Assembly (NCBI GenBank): GCA_946965045.2
Contig: OX337230.1
Location: 2,232,001 to 2,296,000 of the forward strand
Source of the DNA: Epithemia pelagica
Lineage: Eukaryota; Protista; Bacillariophyta
Reading direction: 5' to 3'
Length of the DNA stretch: 64,000 nt
The notes below the pieces were generated by a model that was not told the origin of the DNA, did no database searches, and worked only from the letters and a program-made list of their open reading frames with translations. How positions within the stretch are numbered: the stretch's first letter is position 1; each line of letters starts with the position of its first letter. The position numbers were made by a program, and so were the translations under genes. Positions 20,156-32,900 of this stretch are shown piece after piece.

Positions 20156-22463
20156 ATGAAGTCTTTCCTGTTACATTTGGCTGGTCTATTCTACTTTCAC
20201 TTCTTAATACAGGCAACAGCAGTTGTGGGAGAGAATCTATGGGACTGGGATGAGGCCACCAAGTCGTTCTCTGATCACAACGGTGCAAGGCACAAAAATG
20301 AGACATCCCCAAAAGCCAGCAACATCCAAGAACAAAGACATGGAGCGTCCTTCAAGTCAGATATTCAACGAAGGCTTGAATGCGAGTTGAATTCGGGGGG
20401 TAATTACGGTGTTTTGGCTGGAACCAGCCCAAGATATCCTTCCTATTATTATCAGGTTGTTTTCCCCAGTGGCACTGATCAGTTCGACGTGGAGGAGACA
20501 TTGCGTCCTTCTCTTCAGCGTGCTGTGGTCAATGGTTTCCTCTCCTCGCTTTTTGTATGCCCTTCAGGAGAGCCAATTTCGGGTGTCTTGGGAGTTAGCT
20601 CGAACTATGAAGATCTTTTCTCTGGCTGTGAGTTTGCTTGCTCGTTTACCCATCCTGTTGTAGTAGAGGATCGCCGTTTGACGGATGAGTGCACAAATTC
20701 TGCTTTTTTATTTTGAAGTCTAACTCTCTTTTTCCTTGGTCGAACGTTTCACCATGTACACACGTACACGCAATCTACTTTGATCAGCAGCTCCTTGTTT
20801 GATTGAAAAGAACACCGATGAGGAATGTTTCACCTATCAAGGTCGGCCCATTTTGTGGACCTCCTCTGAAATTCCAAATTCAGCCACTGCTCAAGCTATT
20901 GTTCGTCCGCTTGTTCATTCGTTCATGTTTTACCATTCCCAGGAACTCCTTGCTTTGGATAGTAGAATAATAAAAATTGAATACATGGAAGAGCAAGATG
21001 GACAACTTGTTCGACCACCGGATTTGTTTGTTTCTGACGCACCAACCAAGAGTCCAACTCCTCCTCCAACACGATCACCAACGCCTAGACCAACCAGCGC
21101 ACCTGTCATTCCTCCTTCTCCAAGCCCGACCGCGCCGCCGACCATACGAACACCAGTTCCAACTTTCACTCCCACTCTTTCCGGGGCTCCATCACAATCC
21201 GCATCTCCAGCGACGACTTCAACGGCACAGCCAACCACTCCTGGCTTTAACAGCGAGGTGCGAAACAGGGGAGACGATACTAATGGTGATGATGATGAAT
21301 CAGATTCCTGGTGGTTCTGGGTGGCAGTAGGTGGTGGAGCTGTTGTGCTTCTCTCATGTTGCGTGTGCTTCTTCTGTTTCTGCCATCCATGTTCAGGACG
21401 AAACTCTGCTTCGCCCAAAACCATGGAACATGGTGTCGGTGTTGAGGGTCCCTCATCATCGATGCGCTCCATCGATAAAGGGATCAACCGTCGCGCAACG
21501 GAAAGGGCTAGTGGTGGTCGTCGTCGACTGGGACGGCGAAAGGGCAACAAGGGGAAGCAAGACGGCGACGAGCTACGAACGTCGTCCCGAAGCGGAGAAT
21601 ATGTTCCACCAGGAGGAGATTTGTTTCCTGAATCTGCACCTCCTAGGTTTTCCGTCGAGGAAGATGAGTTTGATGTGGAGCAGGGCAGTAATATACCAGA
21701 GGAGGACGAGTTAACTGGAGACATGGGTTCGAGGGAAGGGGGCTATGAAAACGAAGAGTTTTACGATGAAGAAGATGGAAATGTAAGATACGAGGATGGG
21801 GACTACGAGGAAGGCTACGATGATGAAGGGGAAGAGATCAATTATCACGAGGACGATGAATACGATGACGAAGCAGACGGTCAGGTTCTGGACAACATTC
21901 ACAGTGAAGCCATTCATGATTATATCAATGATGATGAAATGGACAGTCGAATGGACGGAGGTGAAGATGCCTTTACGCAAGGAGAGGATAATGCAGAATA
22001 TAATGATTATGATGATGGTGAAGAATACATGGAGGAAGGTGAAGAGTACGCTTTCGGTCAAGACGGATATGACGATATTGAGCACCAAGATAATGGCGAT
22101 GAATATGACGAAAATGGCGAAGAATACTATGAAGAAGAATACTATGAGAACGAGGAACAATATCACGATGATGATGGCGGAGAATATCCGTACGATGATG
22201 GCGAAGAAGGAGATCAGGACGCCGGTGGGGACTACGATGGCGATGGAGGCTACAGCGGTGGGGACTACGTCGACAGTGGCTATGGCGGAGTTGATCCCAG
22301 TGATGTAGGAGATGAAGAGGAAGAGGAAGAGGAAGAAATTGAATACGATTCCGAAGAAGATGCCGATGACCACACGGAAGAGTACATTGACGAAACTATT
22401 CATTCAACTGGCACGGGAAACCATGAAGTCTCAAAAGATTGGCAATCGAGCAGCGTGGTTTAA
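20156..22463 (+). CDS. Single-pass membrane protein: signal peptide, Cys-containing luminal domain, P/T-rich stalk, TM, very acidic tail; intron 20628-20787 or -20790
   Basis: Hydrophobic N-terminus; GTGAGT donor and CAGCAG acceptor both in phase; TM WWFWVAVGGGAVVLLSCCVCFFCFC; D/E/Y/G-rich C-terminus. Confidence 0.75.
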
Positions 22464-23163
22464 GGGGGGAGAGGGGAGTGGCTATGGATATCATTTTGGT
22501 CTCAAACGCTGATTGACGTCTTCCCCATGAAATTATGTGTTTTACGTACATAAGCAATCCCGAAAGAGGCAATGTCCCGGGAGAACTGACGATTGTCGCG
22601 CCTTTCCAACGCTAGCATGTCGGATTCCACTGAAACTGCTTGTCATTGACCATGTATGTTTTGAGGCTATGACTTGAACTGTTTGATGATGTAAATGGGG
22701 TACGTTGGACGTCCTCATCTTCCCGATAGGTCTGGTAACTTTTCTCTGGGAACTCTAGTGTTCGGGATTAAAGTTTTTATGCGTTGACATGACAGGAGAG
22801 AGAACCCGAGAAAATCCGTTCCAAGAATTAGATTGGGAAAATTAATAGACGCGCGCGTTCAACGGACAATGTGCTTAGGGCTATTATAAAATAGGAAGAT
22901 TGGTCCTATGGGCAATTATTTCGATATCGTTTTGTTCTTGCTTTTTCGGAAAGGGCCCAAACACCCCAAATAGGTAGATGGTAGATGCACCACAAACCGC
23001 AAGTGTTTCAGGAGTCAGGAATTTGTTGCGGCCTCTCGTCGATCGTTGTGGCAAAGCAGAAAGAGCCAAGGAAAACTTGTATGAGCATGGAGATTGATGA
23101 CGAGTAGATAGCCTCTTGTATTGCGCTAGAGGGTTTTCCAAGAAAGACGAAGGACCATGAAGA

Positions 23164-26100
23164 ATGAGACAATTGGCATATATTCTTCTCGTTGCATGGT
23201 CATTCTACCTCATCGATGTGGTGTTGGGGGGAACAAGGCAGCAACAACGTCATACGCCAATCAGTCCTGTATCTCAAACGCGACGCCAACAGCTGCGAGG
23301 ATACGAGAGTGTGTCAAGTGGTGTAGTCGAGGCAATTCGACAAGATGAAACAGAACGTGTCGGGCGTCTTCGTCGACGAGCTAGAGAGACGCCAATCAAC
23401 GGAGGTGCCAGTGCCACTGTCACATCAGGAGATGTCAATGGTGAAAAATCAAACGACAAAGATGAAATACGACGTCGTATCCAGGACGAAGAAGAACAAT
23501 GCGTTCTGAGTAGTTCTGGAAGCTACGGAGACCTCCAAAATCAAGACCCCTATCTCGTGTCGTTTTATTATCAAGCCGTGTTTGTTCCGGAAACGACAGA
23601 GTTTGAGATAAACGACTCCTTACTGCCGCTGTTGGAAAGAGCCATCACCGTAGGGATATTGCCTGGGTTGTTTGAATGTCCAGGATTGGCACCCAAGGGA
23701 CCAGTGTCCGGAATAACTATGGGGTTTCCAGATACTCGTACTACTTCAGGTGAGTGTCATTCGTATCGTTGTATGCCATTTTCCAAAAGTCATCTCACAT
23801 TGAATGCCACACATTGTCTCCTTTTCTTGAAATTCTTCTGGCTCAACCTACATGTTTAAATGGTGTAACAGTTCCATGTCTTAGTGTCCTGAGCGGAAAT
23901 TGTCAGGCGTTTGAGGGGAAACTGCTAGTCTTTGGAAATGCCTTGGCCAATAAACAGGAAGCACAGCAGATCGCAAACCGTTTGGTCGAAAATTTTATTG
24001 TTCGCTCAGGTGGTTTGACAAGTTCAGCCTTGGATGATTCTCGCGTTGTGGATAGTCTGTTTGTCCTCAACGTGAATGGAGTCTTTTTACGGGCGACCGC
24101 CGCTCCAACCGTAGCGCCCACTGCAGTCCCTTCCCCACAGCCAACGGCCTTGCCAACCACCTCGCCACCCACAAAGTCTCCCACGGTGATAACGGGGCAA
24201 CCGTCGAGACTTCCCACGAAACAGCCAACTTCCAATCCACCCACAAAACAACCCTCCACCTCAGTACCCACCAAACAACCCTCCCCTTCATCACCAACGC
24301 AACGACCCACTCCGCGACCCACGCGACGCCCTGTAACGACACTTCCAACCACAGCCCCTCCAACGCCACAACCTTCTTTTCCCACGAATTTTCCAACCCG
24401 TTTGCCCACAACCCAACCCGTTCTAGCACCCACACTAACTCCGACAGTCGAATCAACATCGCCCTCTCCACCTTCTTCCGTCAACAGTGTTTCAACCCGT
24501 ACAGCCGAGAACGATGGTGACAATGACTTCCTTGCTTGGCGTGCCTTATTTCTTGCAGCGTTTGCTGTGTTGGTCTTGATCCTCTTTTGCCTACTGTTCT
24601 GCGTTCTGTATCGTTTCAACGAAAAATATGGTTCCTACACGAAGAGTGACAAAAAGGACGACCAAGAAAACAACGTTGTGGCGGAAGCACGCAGCAATGA
24701 CAATTCTCTGAATATGGATATTCCAGTTCCTGTGGTGAGCGGTGCATCTGCCCTCTCATCTGTGCGCGATCCTCCGCCCGCGGGATCGCGGGAACCTTTA
24801 GATGCATCGTCACGAATTTCCTACTACTCCCGAGTCTCCTCGTCGTCATCTTCCATGACGGAACCTGACGTTTCATCGCCCGGTTCAAGGAAGGGCCCGT
24901 CCGTCGCCAAAGTGGGGCCACCGGCTCGACGGTGGAGACGTAAAAAGAAGGGTTCCGAACACTCCTCTGTAACACGTCCCCAAATCCCTGATGAGCCTCA
25001 AGACTCACCTTCGCAGGCTAGTACTCTGAATAGCTATCTTGTGCTTGAAAATGAAGGCGGCGTCGGTATTGAAGCATTCAAGGATGAAGAATCCAGAGAT
25101 GGGCAAATTCTCAATCACAGGCTTCCATTTTATAATGAAGACGACGATGACAGTGAAAGTCCATCCGCTCCGACGGGTGGACTGCCCCGGGTGTATGACT
25201 TCCGTGATCCATCCGCTCCGACGGGTGATATGCCCCGGGTGTATGACTTCCGTGAACCTATAGGCGAGCCATCTTTCAACCCCGAGGCTTCTTTTGATTC
25301 GCTGCCTCAGTCCTTATTGAAGGGTCCCGATGAATCTCATCAGGTCACTGATATTAATGAATTGGACGCCACTTCATATGAGTCATTATCGCATTCGCAT
25401 TCGATGATTGGCGAGGAAGAGGATCTAGAAACCGCTACTAACCACCAAGGTCCAGTTGTCAATGACGATCTCCGACCAGCTGAATCGGAGCGTACGCTTC
25501 CACGGTCGTTGTTGAAAGGACCAAATCAATATCAACGTGTTAATAACCTGAATGAGTTGGACGATATTCATTCTCAAGAAACACCACCGCGGTCCCTCAG
25601 AGGCACAATAAAGGATAAGAGTAGTCGCAGGGTGGGCGAATTTGAATCCGTGGTGTCTCAAAATACTTTTCCCACACCTAAGTCCTATCTACCGAATCAG
25701 GAACATCTCGTGGAAGCGGACGAGGCGAGTTCCATTCAAAGTTCTCAGACGAGTTCCATGGAAAGTTCTCAGATCAGTTCGCTTCAAAGTTCTCAGATGA
25801 GTTCACAAGTTAGCGGCATTCACGGTTCAATGAGAGACTCTGCTGATAGTTCGTATTCATATAGGGGTTCCATTCAGGGTTCTCCAGAGTCCCTACTGGA
25901 TGGGCATGAATACAACTCCCCCAGCAATGGGTCGGACGGTCTTCGCTCGATACTGCGCACACCGGGTCGTAGAGCCCGTGGCGGTGGACAAGATATTGGA
26001 AGTTCGTCGGGGCATGGATCTCAAGGGTTAGACTCGTATGATACATTTCCTTCTTCCATTCTGAGGACGCCCATTGAAGAAAGTGAGAGGAATCAATATT

Positions 26101-29100
26101 TTGTTGACGATTCTTCGTCTTCCGCCGGTCAATCGTTGCCATCGCCTCAGGTTTCGACCAGAACCGGAGTGCTTTCGCCAGGTGGCAGTGAACAAAGCCC
26201 TCTTTCACACACCAGTTTCAGCCGTGGTAGCTGGAACAGCAATTTGATTGTGGCCACGAAGGATGCACAACTTGGAGAAGATTATCCTGCAGAAGCTGAC
26301 TATGGCAGTTCCAGTGATGGCTCCATGGACGACGGTAGTGAACAGAGCAATAGTGATTATGACGATGATTTGATTGACTATGATGATGATGATGACAACG
26401 ACGACGATTCCTACGATGATGATCGTGATGATGGAAGCTACTCAGACCAAGAGACTGGTGAGGATGATCCGTTGATTGCCCTCAATTCTTTGGCTGATAC
26501 AACCATCACCACGATTTCGGGGCCAGGCGGAAGTAGGAAGGCTCCGGGGGACAACGACTCTGGTGAGAATGACTCTGTGATGGAAATCGACACTGAAGAT
26601 GGAACGGCGGGGACGGGGGCAGATACAGGAGGCCACACAAATGGTCTTGGAGCCTCTGTTAGTTCGTCACTCGCCTTCTTGAAATCAGGTCCAGTCCGAC
26701 GAAACGACTCAGCCCTTCAGGATGATGGTTACGGGCGTGACAATGATCCACCGGCGTCCTATTCTGATTCCGACGGGGACGATATAGAGCAATATGTCCG
26801 TCCAGAAACAGAAAAGTATGGAGATTTTAGACAGGCCCACAAGTACGCGGAATCCAGCGTTGATGATGAAAGTGAGGTTACGGATGAGAATGAAAGTGGC
26901 GTTTATAGTTACGAGGAACTTACCGTTTATACGGAATCGACAAATCCTATTTCAATGTCACAAAAGGAGGATGCTGGTAGCCGATCGGTTCCAGCACTGA
27001 GTTTAGAAGGGAAGCCCCATCAGATTCCTGATGGCAAGGCAGAGGAAAGCGTTGGTGGTTCTGAACCTCTCTCGCTAGAAGAGGAAGAGGTTGAAATCCC
27101 TCTTGAACAACTTGGAGACGAGTCAGATACCGTTGACACAGAGGTATCCACAAATGATGCAAAGGACAAGAGTGAGACAGAATCTGATCCAGGGGACTAC
27201 ACTCCTCCGGGTTTAGGTGCTCCGTTTATTGATGATATCCTTCAAAGTCTTCAATCCGACGACTCTGTGTTATTCGATGGTGGGCTTACAACTGAAAGAA
27301 GTGAAAGAATGCCAGTCTCCAAAACCGATGAAAGTGTGACGAAGACATCGACAGGAGCCGAAGAGCTCAACAACTTACAGAGCGAAGTCGATTTGCTGCG
27401 CAGCCAGGTCAATGAAATGAAGAAAGTTGAACAAGAAGCAGCTTCTCTGCGAAAGGAACGAGACAGGTATTATTTGCAAAAGAATGACCTTGAACGAGAA
27501 ATGAAAGAAAAACTTCAAGCAGCGGAAAGAAAGAGAAAAGATCCTGAGGACATGGCCACTATCATGCATCTTTTGGAAGAGAACGAGTCTCTGATATCGG
27601 AGATGATGGATCTGAGAACACAAGTGAACAATCTTGAGCAGCAGCGTAGTTCCATGATGAAAGAGCAGCAACAACAAGCTTCATCTGAGACATATACCAG
27701 AGGCAGAGAGGTTGACACCAACGCAGCACACATATTAGATTCAAATGGAGGTACAGACAACAACACTTCAGGTAAACAGAACGAATCTCCAGGGCTTGAC
27801 CGCGAGACAAGCAAGGATAGTGATGGAGAGAAGCTGATACCAAACAAAGTTGAATCACGAAGAGAAGACGAAAGTTTTCAGTCGAAAGGACACACTGGCG
27901 CAAGTTTTGGACCCAAACACGGTCCGATCAACGCCAACCTCGCCGCAGTTGAAAGGACAGCCGAGCCACGTATTGGTGATGGCAGTGATTCGTATGATGA
28001 GCTGACACCAAATGATGATGACGGAGACCAACACGGGGCTCCAAAAACGGTTATCAATACCAGGGGCTCGGGATTATCGGGAGGCAGCTTCCACTCACAG
28101 GAAGGAAAGGAGGGTGATCACTCGAATGGGAGTGGGTCTTATGAAGAAGAAACTCTTCCAGATGACTATAACATTGGAGATGTCTTTCTCACACAAGAAG
28201 ACCTGGCGAAGACAGCGAAGCTCTATGACGGGTCCGACGATGAATCGTATTACGAAGAAGATGATGATTCGTCGGTTGACTATGCCCTTCACACGATTGA
28301 AGAAGAAGAGGAAGAAGATGGCTCGGATAGCGATGAGCTAGATCTCGACATTGGCAATCAAATCAGCTTCTTTAGCGATCACAGCGATAACGAAGAAAGT
28401 TCTTTGAACAATTCAATTGTGCTGCATTTGCAAAACGAGCTACGCAGCCACGAATATGACCCGTCGAGTAGCGAAGCTTCAATAGAAGAGTGGAAGGCTG
28501 TGGAAGAATATCCACGTTTGCTGGATCAAGATGGGGACGAGACTTCCGGAGCTGACTCATTCGTAGGTGGACGTGATGACAAAGGTCTCCTTGGTGAAGT
28601 TCCATCAGAAAACAGTTCAGGAACAATTTCCGTTGATGCAAAAGGTTCTGGTCAGGTCACCTCCGGCAGCGGAAATAACCACAATATTTCCAACGACAGT
28701 GGACAAGATTTGACCGAAGCGAAGCGTACTACCATCACTGAAAATGATAAACCTGACAATTTCTCTAACAAGGATACAGAAAAACACCCGGAAGAGGCTG
28801 AAAAGGTGGAAATGCGGTCGCAGCCCGCCCCTCCTCCTCCTCCTCCTCCTCCTCCTCCTCCTCCACGCGTGGAATCCGTACAGAATCCGCCCGGTCAATT
28901 GGACAGCACTGAAAACGAAGTTCACTTTTGCAATACTTGTGGTTTGGATTGTTCCGTCGTATCAGAAGAAGTAACGTGTCAGGAGTGCAGAGATGTATTC
29001 TACTGCAGTCCGGAATGTGCAGAGTGGGACTGGGGAAAGGGGGGCCATTCTTTGGAGTGCAGCAGGAAATTTTCAAAGAAGAAGCGGTCTCCTCGGTCCC

Positions 29101-29864
29101 CGAAACGCAAGGGTCTCTTGCACGCAAACAATAACGATCGCGAGGCACCGAAACTCCGATCTAAACTGAAAATGGTCGACCTTGAGAAGGACGTCGAAAA
29201 TGAGATTAATAACAAGGAAAGCGAAGGTGCTATTCTTGACGGAGGACAAGCTATTGAGTCCGACCTTGATCATACTATTGCTGGTGAAGAAGGGAGTCAT
29301 AAGAGTTCTTCTGCGCATTCTCATCATACATCCATTGGTCCCGTTTCCCCTGATGCTAAGATCCTACTTACAGCTACTGAAGCTGACCCAATCGAGATTA
29401 GTGGAGATATGAGTCGAGATTCTACCAGTGGTCTCGCGGAAGCATCAGTGTTGGGAGAAGAGAACGGAGATTCTGACCTCTCTTTCAATCACACTCCAAT
29501 TAGCGAAAAAAGCAAAATTGATATATCGCTGAGCAATGCTATTGGTGCGTCACCCTTCGGTAACCGTGCAGGATATATTTTTGTAGAGCTAAGTTCAGAT
29601 GAAGAAGAGCCCAATCTTCATAGTGTTTCGAAGTATCCGTACATGTACACGGATGCATCGAGTGAATCTACGGGTCCTTCCTCTCCACACAGCGATGTGA
29701 TGAATGTTCCAACCAAGAAAGCTGCACAAGATCTCCAGGAAGAATGTCAAGACGACGCCTCTGTGTCCTCGGGTGAAACCGACAGCACGGGTCCACCCAT
29801 GCCGACGGGTGAAGAGACAGAAGAGGCACATGAAGACGATTCTTATTTATCCAATGGAGAATGA
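23164..29864 (+). CDS. About 2190-aa single-pass membrane protein, paralog of 20156-22463, with a long acidic cytosolic region, coiled coil, poly-Pro and a MYND-type zinc finger; intron 23750-23871
   Basis: Shares C..S.G.YG..(S)(F/Y)YYQ.VF..LF.CP..(S)G with the upstream gene; in-phase GTGAGT..ACAG intron; TM ALFLAAFAVLVLILFCLLFCVLY; CNTC..CQEC..YCSPEC..W..H..C. Confidence 0.8.
25161..25256 (+). repeat. 2 x 48-bp coding tandem repeat (PSAPTG(G/D)(L/M)PRVYDFR(D/E))
   Basis: Units 25161-25208 and 25209-25256 differ at only a few bases. Confidence 0.9.
28830..28862 (+). repeat. (CCT)11 microsatellite encoding poly-proline
   Basis: Perfect trinucleotide run, part of a P12 tract. Confidence 0.95.
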
Positions 29865-29902
29865 GCCTGATGGCAAGTGTATGTGCCAACCCGTCAAAGA
29901 CG

Positions 29903-32900
29903 TCAAACTCGAACTCCTTGCCAGTCCTGTTGGCACAAGACACACTGATTCTTGCCAGATTGTTTAAACCATTGTGTAAGACAATCAGCGTGGAAGCGGT
30001 TGTGACATGTGACACATTCCAGTGAAGGGAGCTTATGTGTCTTAACATGAAGTACAGAGTAGCAGATCGGGCAGGGTTCGACACCATCGAATTCTTTGTC
30101 GACATTGTCTTTCCACAACATCAGTGCATCTTGAAGCGTCCCTCCTTGGTTATTTATCATGAGAGTAATCTGCAGGCTCCAGCGCTTAAATCTGCTCAGA
30201 GGAACTCCCAAGGTTCTACTACAGTCCACCTCAGCACTGCGGAGTGGGAATGAAGCTGGCAGTCGAATTAGAACAGTAAGAGTAAAGTCATCTTGCATGT
30301 ATGTTGCAGTGACTTCGCGGCTCATAACGCTGCCTGATACATTCATATCTCCATAATTCTTTGTAGCCTCTTTCATTCGACTCATTTCTCGTTTCAGTAT
30401 TGCCGGTGCAATGTGCCGCTCGACAAGAGACTGAACTCGCGGCATGTATACCTTAGGACAGTCCTCCTCCCACCACCGACGACACAGTGATGGAAGTGTT
30501 TCAAATGTTCGGAATAGAACGAGAGAGGAGAGATTAGACAAACCAATATTCTCCTCATTCTCCAGTATCGTGTCAGTATCCCATACGTGTAAGGGAGAAT
30601 TGTGCACACTCTTGGACGAGTTTATCGTTTCATTGAAAAGAATCGAAACATTGAGCACTGATGGAACCACGTCTGCTCTTGTCAGATAAGACACAAATGC
30701 AGGGCGACTTCGGAAATCCTTTGGAGCTGAGGTCTCAATCAAGCGAAGAACCGAAATCCAAGCGAGCAAACGGCCAATCATCTTTGACTCCTTCAAATCC
30801 TCAAATGTTTCGTCTTGCCAGGTCTCTATTTCGCGCATCATACTGATTGGAAGCCACTGGCTTACTATCTCCACGTCCTCTTCAAGCTCAAGCGCACCTT
30901 GGCTGTCCATACCCTCTTTCCATTCTTTCAGATGCGCGCTGGTAGATGGATCCAAAACGATATCTTGCTCCGTTCTTAAGACTTCCCCCTTACCGAGAAG
31001 ACAGTCCAGCAGATTGAATGCATAGAAACGAGAGACACCAGAAAACAGTGCGTAAACAAGATCTTCAGCGACAGGAGGGACTATGCACTCTGCCAGAAGC
31101 TCACGACCACCTTGCACCCGCGATAAATCTTCGATTATCCTTGGAAAGTCAGAGTAACTTTTCCAAACTGGGTTTTCCCCCGGGTTTAGGTCTTCATCTA
31201 GATTCCAGTTTCCGGTCGAAAACGATTCGATTGCAACAGACAAACAAGCCCTTTCGGCTGTCCTGAGATCTAGTTTGGTTTCGACCATTGAAAAAAATGC
31301 AGGAGACCGCCTTGCGACGGACAGTGCCTTCAGACCAAGCATCGAATCACTTGTGAATCCAGAGATTTTCGATCCCTCGAGTAAGCTTTGTGCCAACGAA
31401 AACATGACCAGAATCACTTTCTCGACCAAAGGTGTGTTGTCCTGATTGACACGCACAATCGGCAAAGACACTACAAGCCACGCCAACACAGCGCGGTCCA
31501 AGTCGAGTTGCTCACCGACGCCTAGTTCACTGTTGTAGAGATCAGCAATCCTTTCATGGGAAGATAGTGGTTCCACAGGGAAAACCCTGAATGTGCCGTA
31601 CCGACTCTCGCTATTACGACCGAAACCAAACGACAGGGCAAGCTTCCACAGGCTTTCTCGAGCGTTTTCAACTTCCTTATTCTTCAACGCCAGCACCAGG
31701 CTTTTCTCTTCGTCGGAAAGAAGTTTGAAAATTTCGAAATGGGTGCTCCCAATACCACGAGCACTGCCCACTGCAACACGTGCAACCAGAGCGTTCAAAA
31801 CATCACCTAAGCCAATCGTGTCACAAATAGAGGTGTAATATGGACGCAAAAGTTCTCCCACAATTCGATCTCGAAGTCGTGAGGCACCTGCGGTTTCTCG
31901 GGAATGCGTTGTTGCTGATGGAGATAACAGTGAGTCTTCTTGGACTAAACGAAGTCTGTTAACAACGGTTTGCCGTTCGGACTTCTCCCCGTTCCGAATA
32001 AAATGAATTGTAAAGTAGTATCCTGCCTCAGCATCATAATGTGCTTTCGCTACCGAAACAGGCTCTACATGACTCGGACTTTTGGGGTCCGTCACGTACC
32101 ACAACTTGTCGCCTTCCCGGATCTCACTTGGAACCGGAACCGGATCCAAGGGTGTGGGAACAGACTGAGGGAAAGCATACCGAAGAAGGATACACAGCAC
32201 TCCGGTAAGCTGTAGAGCGCTCGAGGAAGCATTTGAATCTGAAGTACCACCAGTCAGGCATGTCACAATTAACGAGACAACATGGTCTACAGCTTCAAAG
32301 AGAAGGGTTTCATGGCCAGAAGCCCCGACCTCTTCAATGAAAACAGAGCATCTGTCCTGACCATTGCTGAGCGTTGCTGCAACGCTAAGATCGGTGCTTG
32401 CCTCGCATATATGAACAAGAATCTGAACCAAGAGTCCCACACTGTTTTCTACGTGCTCAAGCAAGCTTAATCGCACACTTTTGTCGTCAATGTAGGTAAA
32501 AAGGGCCATAACCAAGCCGTACATATAGGAAGGCCTATCCGTCCAAACTTGGGCATTGTCTAATCCCAAAAGGGAGAAAGAGGGCATCAGAGAATTTTTG
32601 AGACCAACTCGACACATCTCAACCAATCGGCAGGCACGAAGGCCCCACTGGGAAGGGAAGTTCTCGTCCTTGTCATCGACAGACTTTTCCTCCACTTGTC
32701 GCTCGATTTCAGTGGACGCTTTGTCAACCACCCGAGATGCCAATTCCATGTTTGATTCAAGAACTTCTGTGTAGCGAAATTTCCATTCAACCTCACCGTT
32801 GCCAGCCTTGGAGATGATATTATGTTCTTGAAGCCACGATTGTATCAAAATAGTTTCGACCGTGGAAATATCTAGCAGGTTCTCATACTGGGTCAATCGG

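Noticed and set aside
21796-22308. Long alternative-frame ORFs over acidic coding regions (also 21711-22403, 3847-4623, 23903-24619)
   Set aside because: Low-complexity by-products of D/E- or P/T-rich coding sequence.
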